From: Vicinamibacteria bacterium
Lineage (GTDB): Bacteria; Acidobacteriota; Vicinamibacteria; Marinacidobacterales; Marinacidobacteraceae
Assembly (NCBI GenBank): GCA_964291235.2
Contig: OZ219816.1
Location: 480,001 to 544,000, forward strand
Reading direction: 5' to 3'
DNA length: 64,000 bases
Positions 37,298 to 46,928 of the stretch are shown piece by piece. The translations under genes and the position numbers were made by a program. The notes below the pieces were generated by a model, which saw nothing but the letters and a program-made list of their open reading frames with translations, was not told the DNA's origin and searched no databases. How positions within the stretch are numbered: position 1 is the stretch's first letter; each line of letters opens with the position of its first letter.

Positions 37298-37392
37298 ACC
37301 GTCGGCGATGTATGGAAGTTCGCAATCTCCGCATCAGGCAAGCACCTCCCCGTCGTCGGACCGGGGTGGTGGACACCGTCCTCGCCGACGGT
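37298..37392. repeat. 95-bp segment bounded by a perfect 11-bp inverted repeat
   Basis: ACCGTCGGCGA (37298-37308) / TCGCCGACGGT (37382-37392). Confidence 0.7.
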
Positions 37393-37657
37393 ATTACTTT
37401 GGGCGGTTCAACAACCCACGTTCGCCCTACGGTCGAGGCCGATCGGTCCCGGCTCTGTGATCCGCGCCGATCTGACCGCGTCTGCGGGAACGTTGTGGCC
37501 GGGGTGGCGTTAGGCCGCGCGGAGGACACAGGCGGATGAGCAAGGACGGGAAGCCTGCCGACGGCTCGCCGCTCATCGAGCGGAGGTGGAAGAGGATGGT
37601 GAGTGAAGCGGTACACGGTGCGGGTGACCGTAGGAGATCCCCCGAGGCCCGGGACCG

Positions 37658-38428
37658 ATGTCGTTCATGACGCGCCGGCGCGCCATCTTCCTGGCCGTCC
37701 TGACGGTGCTGGTTGTCGTTGTCGCGTTCGCCGTGAACCGGTTCGGGCGCATCGCGCCGGTCGAGGTCGAGGTGAACGTGTCCGATGAGCCGGCGCCGAA
37801 ACCGAAAGCGGGTCCCGTGTCGGTTTCAGTGATGCGCGTTCCATTGGAAAACAGCCCCGACGAGGATGCGGAACCGGCGGACGAGACTCCAGCGGGCCGA
37901 CTGGTTGCGGCGGCTCGGGCCGGTGACGCCGCGAGGGTCGGGGAGCTTCTGGGCGAGGGGGCGCCTGCCGACGCGCGGAGCGGCGGGTTCCCCGCCATCC
38001 ACCGGGCGGCCGAGGCCAATTCGGTGGCGCTGCTGGAGATGCTTGTCGCTGCGGGCGCCGACCTGGAGGCGGCAGACCGTTCAGGTCACACGGCGCTCGC
38101 GCGCGCGGCCCTGTTTGGCCGTGCTGCCGCGGTCGCCTTCCTGTTGGAGTCGGGGGCGGACCCCAACGCCCATACGGAGCCAAACAATCAGACGCCGCTC
38201 CTCGCCCTCCTCTTTGGATGGTCGCTCGGCCAGTCTCCAAATCCGGCCGGGATCGAGGCGAATGAGGAAGAACGGCTGTCCGCGGCCCGCGCGCTCATGG
38301 CCGCGGGCGCGGACCCTCAGCTTGCTCCCGAACTGCTATCGCCAGCGATGATGGCGGAGAGCATCGGAGGCGAGATCCGCTCCTTGCTCCTGGGCGGCGC
38401 AACCGATCCGCCGCCGCACCCGCGCTGA
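37658..38428 (+). CDS. Membrane-anchored ankyrin-repeat protein
   Basis: N-terminal TM helix; about 4 ANK units (GFPAIHRAA, GHTALARAA, LLESGADPN, NQTPL). Confidence 0.88.
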   Translation: MSFMTRRRAIFLAVLTVLVVVVAFAVNRFGRIAPVEVEVNVSDEPAPKPKAGPVSVSVMRVPLENSPDEDAEPADETPAGRLVAAARAGDAARVGELLGEGAPADARSGGFPAIHRAAEANSVALLEMLVAAGADLEAADRSGHTALARAALFGRAAAVAFLLESGADPNAHTEPNNQTPLLALLFGWSLGQSPNPAGIEANEEERLSAARALMAAGADPQLAPELLSPAMMAESIGGEIRSLLLGGATDPPPHPR

Positions 38429-38435
38429 GGCGCCC

Positions 38436-40865
38436 GTGCGCACAAGAGTCGCATTCATCAGCGCTTGGCGTTCGCTGACAGGTGCGCCAGGGAACACCGC
38501 GGCGGCGGTGCTGGCGCTCGCGGTCGCGGTCGGGGCCTTCCACACGGTCGGCGCCGTTTGGGAATCAGCGGTGGACCGCGCCCTCCCATATGACGATCCG
38601 GAAGAACTGATTGCCCTTCGTGCGGCCGGGGGGGAGCAGATGTTCAGCCGCTTCCTCTCCGACCGGGAGGCGGCCTTGCTACGGGAGCGCGCCGAGTCGT
38701 TCGTCTGGGTGGGGCATCTCTGGGGCGCGTCCATGATGCTTGGCGACCCCCCGATGCGATCGGTGACCGTGGAGGCCTTGGAACCGGGTTTCCTCGAGAT
38801 GCTCGGGGTGGCGCCAGCCCGTGGACGGCCTCTCCGACCCGAAGACCACGAAGGGGAAGCGAGAGCCACGCCGGGTCGGCCCTCGCTGCTGAGCCTGGAC
38901 CGGGGCCAGGCAGTCGTTTTGGTGAGCCACGGTTTCTGGAGGACCGCGCTCGGCGGGACGGCGGACGTGGTCGGAACGGAGATCGTGCTGGATCGCGAAC
39001 CGATGCGCGTCATCGGAGTTCTGCCGGAGGCATTCTTCACGCCCACCCTGGCCACCGAGATCTGGGTGCCGGCGCGTCGCCGGCAGGTCGCTACCGGCCC
39101 CGGCGGCAGCTCGCGTACCTCCCACGCCTACGGCCGCCTCCGGCCGGGGGTGACCCCGGCGGCAGCCACGGCTGAAGCCACCGCTCTGCTCACCGACGCG
39201 GGCTTCCGGCGCGAAGAAGAGCGCATCGAGGCAGTCCCGCTGGCGCGATCCCTCACGGCGTCGGTACGCCCGACGCTTGAGATCCTGCGTGCGGGAGCGC
39301 TGCTGTTGGTGCTGGCAGCCGCGATCAGCGTTTCGGGCCTGCGCCTCGCCCGATCCATCGCCGGTCGACGGGCGGCGGGCATCCGGCGGGCACTTGGGGG
39401 TTCCTTTCGTGACGAGTTCCTGGCCGCGCTCTTCCGCGTGACACTGTTGGCGGCGGCGGTGACCGCCGGAAGCGCGCTGCTCGCTGCCTGGGTCGTGCCG
39501 CTCCTCCGCCGGTACGGGGCGGACCTCCCGTTTGCGGCGGATTGGACCACCGGTCCAAGCGTGGCCGGGCAGGCCTTTCTTGTTGCGTTGCTGGCGTGCG
39601 CGGCGGCGGAGGCCGCGCCGCTCCTGAACACGCTCCGGGTTCGTCAACAGGTGGCGGGAATGGCGCGTTTCAGCGGCGCCCACCGGATGCGCGCCGTGTC
39701 TCCGACCCTTGCACTCGGGGTCGCGGCAGCTACCGCGATCCTGATCGCCACCGCGGTAATGGGTGGAAGCGCGGGGCGGCTGTTTGCCGGCCGTGGCGGC
39801 TATTCGGATGCGGGGCTCGCGCAGCTCACCATGGACTTCGGAGGCCGGGCCGCGGGCGCATCGCTTCCCCACAGCGAGAAGGTGGTGGTGCTGAATCGGC
39901 TGGTTGAACGCATCGAAGCCATCCCGGAAGTTGAGTCGGCGGCCTACGCGGACGCCCTGCCGGACGAGATGGGTGGTTCGTTCATGTTCACGAGCGCAGG
40001 CCCCGGCAGCCCCCGTGATCCAGACTCGGGACGTGCGACGCGGTCCGTCAGTCCTCGTCTCCTTTCCGTACTTGGCATCCCGCTCATTAGTGGTCGTGGA
40101 ATCACGGAGCAGGACACTCCCGAGTCCGAGCGGGTGGCGGTGGTTGACCGGTCGTACGCTCGCGCTGCCGGGCTTTCGGACCCGGTCGGCAAGATAGTTC
40201 AAATGGGCCCCTCGGAACAACGCGTGGTCGGGTTGGTTCCTGACCTCAGAGTCTTTCCGGACCGGTCGACGTTCCCCAGTGCGTACGTCCCGTTCGCGAT
40301 TCCTCCGGCCTTCCTCGGCAATCCCAAGGTAGAGATGGTTGCCCGGTTTCGAGATGGGCCAACACCCGAGCAGGTAGCGGCGCTCGGCCGTCTGCCGTCC
40401 GAGGTGGACGCTTCGATGCGTGTGACTGCTGCCGCTTCGGTTCGGGAACGTCGCATCCGGCTGCTGGGTGCGCCGCTGCTGGCCGGAGTGGCGCTCGGCA
40501 TTTTCGCCGTCGCCGGCCTGCTGCTCGCGGTCGTCGGCGGGATCGGCCACATCGCGGACTTCGTGGTTCGGGAATCCCATGCGACTGCGGTGCGAACCGC
40601 GCTGGGTGCCGATCCAGATCTGCTGGTGTGGGGCGCGTTCCGTTCGACGGCACTCGCCGCGGTGGTCGGTGTCGCGTTCGGGACCCTGTCCGGTTGGATG
40701 CTCTCGCGAGCCGTGGCGGCGCGGGTGCCGTGGATCGAGACCGGCGATCCGCTCTTCTACCTGGGGCCGGCGGCCCTTCTGTTGTTGCTGATGCTGGCCG
40801 CTTCGGCGATCGCTGGCCTCAGGACCCTGCGCGGCGATCCTTGGGCCGCACTCCGATCTTTGTAG
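38436..40865 (+). CDS. ABC permease, FtsX/MacB duplicated (ADOP-like)
   Basis: 809 aa; LALAVAVGA, LPYDDPEEL, GIRRALGG and VRTALGA duplicated halves, DPWAALRSL end. Confidence 0.85.
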   Translation: MRTRVAFISAWRSLTGAPGNTAAAVLALAVAVGAFHTVGAVWESAVDRALPYDDPEELIALRAAGGEQMFSRFLSDREAALLRERAESFVWVGHLWGASMMLGDPPMRSVTVEALEPGFLEMLGVAPARGRPLRPEDHEGEARATPGRPSLLSLDRGQAVVLVSHGFWRTALGGTADVVGTEIVLDREPMRVIGVLPEAFFTPTLATEIWVPARRRQVATGPGGSSRTSHAYGRLRPGVTPAAATAEATALLTDAGFRREEERIEAVPLARSLTASVRPTLEILRAGALLLVLAAAISVSGLRLARSIAGRRAAGIRRALGGSFRDEFLAALFRVTLLAAAVTAGSALLAAWVVPLLRRYGADLPFAADWTTGPSVAGQAFLVALLACAAAEAAPLLNTLRVRQQVAGMARFSGAHRMRAVSPTLALGVAAATAILIATAVMGGSAGRLFAGRGGYSDAGLAQLTMDFGGRAAGASLPHSEKVVVLNRLVERIEAIPEVESAAYADALPDEMGGSFMFTSAGPGSPRDPDSGRATRSVSPRLLSVLGIPLISGRGITEQDTPESERVAVVDRSYARAAGLSDPVGKIVQMGPSEQRVVGLVPDLRVFPDRSTFPSAYVPFAIPPAFLGNPKVEMVARFRDGPTPEQVAALGRLPSEVDASMRVTAAASVRERRIRLLGAPLLAGVALGIFAVAGLLLAVVGGIGHIADFVVRESHATAVRTALGADPDLLVWGAFRSTALAAVVGVAFGTLSGWMLSRAVAARVPWIETGDPLFYLGPAALLLLLMLAASAIAGLRTLRGDPWAALRSL

Positions 40866-41069
40866 GCTGCCCGAGGGAGAGCGAGCCGAACTACGGCACC
40901 ACCGGCGCACCGTCTACCGGCGCTGGATCTTCCGCTTGGTCTTCGGCCTAACGCCGACCGCCGTAAGCGTTCGGTCGTGGGTGTATGTGGCGGTTCCTCC
41001 CTGCTTCGCACCGCTGCGGCGCATCCCAAGAGCGAGGGCGACACCGTCGAATTTGTGAGATGACGGGAC

Positions 41070-42266
41070 TCACTCGAAGTCGTTTTCGGTGGCGGACCAT
41101 CGCCAAACGGCGACGAGCCAAGCGAGGGTGAGGAACGCAAGTAACGCCGACGAGAGTACGATGGTCGGGGGGTGCAGGAGCCCAAGGGCAACACACCCGG
41201 CCGCCAAGACGACCATGGACATGGCCGTGGGAAGGTAGATCGTTCGGCGACGCCGCCAATCGGCAAGGGTTCTTACCATGGCTGCGATGGTCAAGAAGGC
41301 TACGGCAACCGAACCACCGAGCATCCACACGGCGACTTCGGGAGTTCTTCCGTCATGCGCATGCTCGATGACTGCGACCATGGTGGCACCGGCGGCGGTG
41401 ATCGCCATCGTCAACGGGAGGTGCAGCATCATCCAAACAGGCAGTCCATTCGGGCCAGCCAGGGGCAACCGACGCCCCACGAGGTCGAAGTAGATCCACC
41501 ACAGTCCGAATCCGATCCCCAAGGTCAGCATACCCGTGGCAACGGTCGCGAGGGTGCGCTCCGAGTTCGAGATGCCGTCCACGACGCCGACGACGACCTC
41601 GCCCAACACGATGATGGTGAAGAGGCCGAATCTCTCCACGAAGGAATCGGCGACTAAGGCGTCCTCGGACGAGGCGGCAGTCGCGCGTGAGACCACGAAG
41701 ACGCTGCACAGCCAGCCCAACACTACGGCTGTCCAAAGCCAGAACTGCACCGATGATGGAGCGAAGCTCGACGAGAGCATGGTGATCCCGGTGAGGAGAA
41801 CGACTACCACGTAGGCGAGGGACATGCGCCGGTTCTTCTCGTCTGTTCGCAGATGCACGCGGTACCAAAGCCATGCGAGGAGCGCGAAGAGCATCCCGTA
41901 GACAATCGAGAATTCATCGCGCCCGTGTTCCCCGTCGGCGGCGTACACGGCCATGAGGGCAATCAGCAGCATCTGGGCAAACGTGAATGTCCGGGTCCGT
42001 ATGTCATCCCGACCGTGAAGGTCGTGATGGGCTGTGCCGTTCACCCAAGCGATCCAGACGAGACTGAAAACCACGATGAACTCCCCGACGGCCTCCCAAC
42101 GCAGGTCGTCTGCCAGGTTGTGGGCCGCAGCGGCGATCAGCACGACATAGACGAGGTCGTAGAAGAGTTCGAGGAAGCTGACGCTCCGGTTCTCGACCGT
42201 CTCGCCATGTGTTCGTGGCGGCTGCCATAGTCGCTTCACGGCCCTGGTCAGTGACATCCTCTTCAT
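41070..42266 (-). CDS. ltrA: Low temperature requirement protein A family membrane protein
   Basis: VSFLELFYDLVYV, ERFGLFTIIVLGE, WWIYFD, HLPL. Confidence 0.88.
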   Translation of the reverse strand: MKRMSLTRAVKRLWQPPRTHGETVENRSVSFLELFYDLVYVVLIAAAAHNLADDLRWEAVGEFIVVFSLVWIAWVNGTAHHDLHGRDDIRTRTFTFAQMLLIALMAVYAADGEHGRDEFSIVYGMLFALLAWLWYRVHLRTDEKNRRMSLAYVVVVLLTGITMLSSSFAPSSVQFWLWTAVVLGWLCSVFVVSRATAASSEDALVADSFVERFGLFTIIVLGEVVVGVVDGISNSERTLATVATGMLTLGIGFGLWWIYFDLVGRRLPLAGPNGLPVWMMLHLPLTMAITAAGATMVAVIEHAHDGRTPEVAVWMLGGSVAVAFLTIAAMVRTLADWRRRRTIYLPTAMSMVVLAAGCVALGLLHPPTIVLSSALLAFLTLAWLVAVWRWSATENDFE

Positions 42267-42643
42267 CGCAGGTTCTCCAAGATCAATGGCGGATCGTTCG
42301 CTCAAGGCACTGGAAGATGGCCGCTAAAGCGCCCACCGCACAACATACAGGTGGCTCTCCCGACGCGGCGACGAACGCGATGCCGTAGATGGCGACGGCA
42401 GTTCTCCCGCCGCTCTATCGGCCGGTGGGCGGCGCGGGCAGTCCGCCGACCAATCCTCCTGATCCTCCTCGCGCAGCGCATGATCCGGGTCGATCCACCG
42501 CGGTTGGATCGGTCCAGCGAGGACGACACTCTTGTCGCGGGTTGATGCCTCGTGTCCGTTTGATCGCGCCGCCCATGCGGCGGTACCGTTCAGCGGTTGT
42601 GAGGGAAGGTGGACCGTTGAGTTGAATGGGAGGCCGCAGCCGC

Positions 42644-43146
42644 ATGACCGCACTGGACTACGCGCTTGAGTGGATCAAGGGGGAGTTGATCGAAGGGCGG
42701 TTGTCATCGGATTCGGGCTCGTTCCATTGGCTGGTGGCGGGCTCCTGCGGCAGTTGGAGGCCACTCCGGCAATGCATGCGCTGGTCCTGCCCGCGTTCGT
42801 CGCCGGGTCATTGATCGCCGCTGGCGGTGTCTCGATGGAGATCATAAACCTACGCCGCATTCGCGAATTCTCCGAGCGGTACGAGCTGGATCCGAACGGG
42901 TTCGTGGAGGGTGAGTTCCAACGGGTCCGAAGCTTCATGGGTTGGTTCCGCTACACAATCCTCGGCTCCTCGATTCTCATTGTCGGCGGACTGTCGGTCT
43001 TCCTGTTAGTCCGCGCGCCGATTGCTGGGGCGATCGGGCTGATGATGATCGTTCTGGGCGCGACCGGGCTCGTCGTCGACCACTTCTCGCGGTCACGCGC
43101 GAGCCGGTACCTTGAGCATCTCACCCTGCTTCGGGGTGACTCTTGA
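42644..43146 (+). pseudogene. Hypothetical 4-TM membrane protein, frameshift near 42700
   Basis: ATG with GGAGG SD gives MTALDYALEWIKGELIEGR, continued in another frame by VVIGFGLV...DHFSRSRA. Confidence 0.6.
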
Positions 43147-43559
43147 TCGGCGCCAACACAGGAGCACCAGCCCAGACTACATGGGAATCGGTAGCCCGCG
43201 AGATCGGCGTGGATCCGGAAGCGCTCCGGGCGACCATCCGGCTGGTGCCCGACGTGGAATCGCTGGACCCTCCCCGAACCGTGGATGGGCCTCCGCTGCG
43301 GAACCTGCTGGCAGACGCGGGATCAACGGATCCGTGCGACGCCGCAGCGCGGGCGGAGGAGCGCAGCCGGATGAGGGTGGCGGTTTCCCATCTTCCGCCG
43401 CGCCTGCGGCATGTCGTGGAGCGACGCTACGGATTCGGCAGCTCGGGTGAGGCCAGCCTCACGGAGATCGGGCGCGAACTCCAGATCTCGGCGGAGAGGG
43501 TGCGCCAGCTCCAAGGCAAGGCGATGGTCATGCTCTCGCGCGAGCTTCGGCACGCCTGA
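43143..43559 (+). pseudogene. sigma70-family regions 3-4 only (RpoD/RpoS-like C-terminus)
   Basis: VAREIG, SLD, LPPRLRHVVERRYGF..SLTEIGRELQISAERVRQL; no region 2. Confidence 0.8.
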
Positions 43560-43764
43560 TCCCCCGGCCCGGCTTAGCACCGCCCGCGCGCCGTACTATC
43601 CCCATCCCCCCCCGGCCACGTTCTGCCTCACGCTCCGCTACAGCAGAAGCGACCAGATCGAAGGCCGGCGAACCATTGACACAACCCCCCTCTCTGGGGC
43701 AGGAGAGCACCGTCATACGGCCGGCGTGGCGCGGGGGTCATCGGCCAACGGCGAACCCAAGACC

Positions 43765-44013
43765 ATGGCCGCTGTGGACCTGCCCGGTGGACCCACCGCG
43801 CTCCTGGACCGGACGCGGGGGCATCTCGCCACCCATCTCGGCGGCGAACACCCCCTGACTCTCAGCGGCAGCACCGCGCTCATTGCCCGGCGGGAGCATC
43901 CGTGGACCCACGATCTGGACTTCTGCATCGAGGCCGGTCCCTACGCGCGGCTCCACGGGAACGAGTTACGACTTTCTCGGAGTCCCCTCGAGCATCAGGG
44001 CACTGGACAATGA
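43765..44013 (+). pseudogene. N-terminal fragment of an AbiEii-like nucleotidyltransferase
   Basis: LSGSTALIARREHPWTHDLDF resembles a degraded GGTAL..HRxSxDxDF. Confidence 0.6.
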
Positions 44014-44031
44014 ATGTGGTATTTTCGCCGC

Positions 44032-44283
44032 ATGAAGGCTATACAGGTCACTCTGGACGAGGATCTGCTCCACGATCTGGACGCCGACGAACGGGTTCGG
44101 CAGATTGGCCGGTCGGCGCTCTTGCGCCAGTTGGCGCGCGATTACATCCGCTGCGAGCGAGAACGCCGGATCGACGAGCAGTATGCGCGGGCCTACGGAG
44201 AGGGCCGCGGGATGGACGCCGAGTGGGAGGATTGGGAGGACAGCGGCGACTGGCCGTCCGACACCCACGAGGGTGGGAAGTGA
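44032..44283 (+). CDS. Ribbon-helix-helix (CopG-like) antitoxin
   Basis: MKAIQVTLDEDLLHDLD..RSALLR, acidic W-rich tail; GTGA overlap with the toxin. Confidence 0.85.
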   Translation: MKAIQVTLDEDLLHDLDADERVRQIGRSALLRQLARDYIRCERERRIDEQYARAYGEGRGMDAEWEDWEDSGDWPSDTHEGGK

Positions 44284-44636
44284 TTCGGCGAATCCGCCGC
44301 GGCGACATCCGGTCCTATCCCCGGGACACGGGAGACGGGCAGCGGCTCGTGGTGGTGCTCGCCCGTAACGGAGCGATCCCGTTCCTGCGGGGCATCATGG
44401 TGGCTCCGGTGACGACGACCATCCGCGGGTTGCCCTCGGAGGTGAAGCTCGGTGAGAACTTTGGGCTTGAAGCACCAGCGGCGCTGAATCTGGACGCTGT
44501 GATGACAGTATCGCCCTCAATGCTGGGAGAGGCCCTCGGCCGCCTCGGGGCCGGCGAACTCGACAAGGTCTGTGCGGCTCTGCAGGTCGCCCTCGGCTGC
44601 GAGCCGGAAGCCTGTGGCGGGCGGTGGCGGGCCTGA
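44280..44636 (+). CDS. mazF: PemK/MazF-family endoribonuclease toxin
   Basis: RRGDI, RLVVVL, VAPVTTTIRGLPSEV, NLD, ALQVALG. Confidence 0.85.
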   Translation: MIRRIRRGDIRSYPRDTGDGQRLVVVLARNGAIPFLRGIMVAPVTTTIRGLPSEVKLGENFGLEAPAALNLDAVMTVSPSMLGEALGRLGAGELDKVCAALQVALGCEPEACGGRWRA

Positions 44637-44706
44637 CGGATGAGGACCCATCGACGCGCCGGAACACGGCTTGTCGAACCGGCGGCAGCCCGGCGGTGAC
44701 CGGCCA

Positions 44707-44825
44707 CTAGGTGTGTAAACCCACCAGGTTGTTCAGTGGCAGGTTGAGAGATTGGATGGGGGGTTGGTAGTTCAAGCTGGCGTGGGGGCGGTGCCAGTTG
44801 TATCGATGCAACCAGAGGGGCAAGT
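44707..44825 (-). mobile_element. IS481-family 3' end remnant
   Basis: LPLWLHRYNWHRPHASL..PPI..NNLVGLHT*, ending ACAC-CTAG. Confidence 0.8.
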
Positions 44826-44916
44826 GAGCGGGGTCGCCGTGCATACGTCCGTTAGAATTGGCCCTGCGTCCGCATCTCGCCAAGTTCGTCGTGCTGGTGG
44901 CCTCCGGCCTCGCGAG

Positions 44917-45075
44917 TCAGGTTCCGTGCGTCCGGACGTTCGCCACCATCTCCAGCCGAAGCAATGCCCCGTCGTTCAAGACCGCATCCGACACGAACTC
45001 CCGCCCATAGAAAGAGTTCTTCCGGATGTAGCGGATCGGACGCTTCACCTTCCCCTTCGTCTGCGGCCAGCACCC
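44917..45075 (-). mobile_element. IS21-family IstA internal fragment
   Basis: QTKGKVKRPIRYIR..FYGR..LN..VANVRTHGT. Confidence 0.8.
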
Positions 45076-45117
45076 AACTCTTGTAGATGTCCAAGCCGAG
45101 GAGGCTGACGGAATATC

Positions 45118-46326
45118 ATGACCCATCCGACGCGTTGTCTTGTCTTTCGTCCGGCGAACGCATTCGTCCGTGTTCTCGGGCTCGTCTTGGTGGCCGCGGT
45201 GTCCGGGCTCGCGGCCCCTTCTGAAGCAGCACAGCGGTCTCGGGATCGCCCGGTCATTCACTTCGTGGCCTCTGGCGGGTTCGTGTTCTCCGCCGCGCGC
45301 ATCACAGTGGACGTTCGGCTCGAGCAGGGAGCGCGGCTGAACGTCACCCTCACCTCTCCCTCCGGAGCCAGCGAGACCCTCCCGATGGACCGCGACGAAG
45401 AGCGCCATTCATGGACGGGTCAATTGGACCAGGCCGGCACCTGGCGGGCGGAAGCCACGGTGAGCGGAGTGGGCTCTCCGCAGTCGGCAAGTGCCGCCGT
45501 TTCCCTCGACGAAGGTGCGCCGACCTGCTCGCTGACGATCAGCGCGCCCGAGCAAGCGACCCACTATCTCACCGCCGAGTTCGCAGTGAACAGTTGCGAC
45601 GCCAGCGCCACCACCGGCGAGATTGCGACCCGCTACATCACCGTTCTTCAGGACGGGGTGCAGATCTCGACCCTTGACGCCAGCAACCAGTGCGAACGCC
45701 GGTTCATCCTCCCGGGGGACGGGAACTACGAGGCCACCGTGACCGTCGCGGACGATCGAGGCGTCACCGCTACCTGCAGCAGCGCTGACGTCGGCGTGGA
45801 CGCTCTCCGCACGCGTATGTGGCCTTCGGTTGATCTGGGCGGCGGCCTTTACCGCGCCAAGCGTCCCGACATCGCGTCCGCGGATCCGTCCAGTCTGCTG
45901 GCCGGCGGCGCCGGGGCGCTCACGATCGCGCACCGGCCGGCCGAGGTGCGGACCCGCACCCTCATGTTGCGCGTTGCGGGCGGGCTCGCCCATAACCGCT
46001 GGGGGGGGTCGTCGTTTGACGTGATCCTCACCCAGCAGACCGAGGGAGGGTTCTTCGGGGCCGGCGCGGGGTTCTGGGCGCCGGGCGATCCGGACATCAT
46101 GGACGCCGGGATCTTCGCCACCGCGGGGTTCAACCTGCCCATCTACTACCAGGCCGGCCGGACGCAGGTCTTCACTGAGTTGCGCCTGTTCGCCAGGCAG
46201 GTTACGGAGGTACAGGACAACTTCTCCGGGGTGGTGGGCATCCGGTTCAACCTGCGGCCCACCCACAAGATCCGAGCGCGTCCGCGAAGAGGTGCCAGCG
46301 GGTCAAGACCCGCTGATCGACGGTAG
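45118..46326 (+). CDS. Secreted hypothetical protein: two Ig/PKD-like domains plus a probable small beta-barrel
   Basis: Signal peptide; GTWRAEATV and GNYEATVTVADDRG PKD-like strands; amphipathic strands ending GIRFNL. Confidence 0.6.
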   Translation: MTHPTRCLVFRPANAFVRVLGLVLVAAVSGLAAPSEAAQRSRDRPVIHFVASGGFVFSAARITVDVRLEQGARLNVTLTSPSGASETLPMDRDEERHSWTGQLDQAGTWRAEATVSGVGSPQSASAAVSLDEGAPTCSLTISAPEQATHYLTAEFAVNSCDASATTGEIATRYITVLQDGVQISTLDASNQCERRFILPGDGNYEATVTVADDRGVTATCSSADVGVDALRTRMWPSVDLGGGLYRAKRPDIASADPSSLLAGGAGALTIAHRPAEVRTRTLMLRVAGGLAHNRWGGSSFDVILTQQTEGGFFGAGAGFWAPGDPDIMDAGIFATAGFNLPIYYQAGRTQVFTELRLFARQVTEVQDNFSGVVGIRFNLRPTHKIRARPRRGASGSRPADRR

Positions 46327-46928
46327 CGGCGGCTGGTTCTCCTGCGTTCGCTGTTGGCGCTTCGGTCTCGCATCGCGGGTGTTCCGCCGGGTTCAACTGC
46401 GGGGCTCTGGCGAACCTAGAACAGCCTGAAGTGCCCCCGCACGGCGGGGTCCGGAATCGTGAGCCCCACCCCGGGGGAGCAGAAAACAGGAACAACTCTC
46501 AGAATGCCTCTCCGGCGCGCGGCAATACTTATGCGCGCCGGAGGCTGCGCGAATTCCCCGAGAGTCATGAGCTGGTTCCAGAGTTCAACGCGTTGGAGTA
46601 TCCTCTGTTCACACGCTTTGCTAGGTTCCCCGTCCCCTCCGGGCATGCATCGGCATGGTGAGCCGGACCACCAAGCGCGATTTGCCTTACGACGACTGGC
46701 ACCTACCGGCACCACCGAACGCAACCCGTGAACGCCTACCCGTCGCGCCGCCATCGGAACCACTACCGCTGCGAAGAGGAGCTGGCCGTCCGCGGCGATC
46801 ACCTCATGTCATCCGGTCGGGAATCGGAGGGCCACCGACAATGCACCTGACACGGCCGGAGGCCGCGGCGTCCCATTTGGGACACACTCTGGAGAGCTAG
46901 CGTTGTTGCAAGGGGAGGCGACCGCGTA

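Noticed and set aside
46327-46928. Riboswitch upstream of the TonB receptor
   Set aside because: Only isolated fragments (GCCCCCGC, ACCTGA, CTCTGGAGAG); no complete cobalamin, TPP or glycine consensus visible. An Rfam scan would settle it
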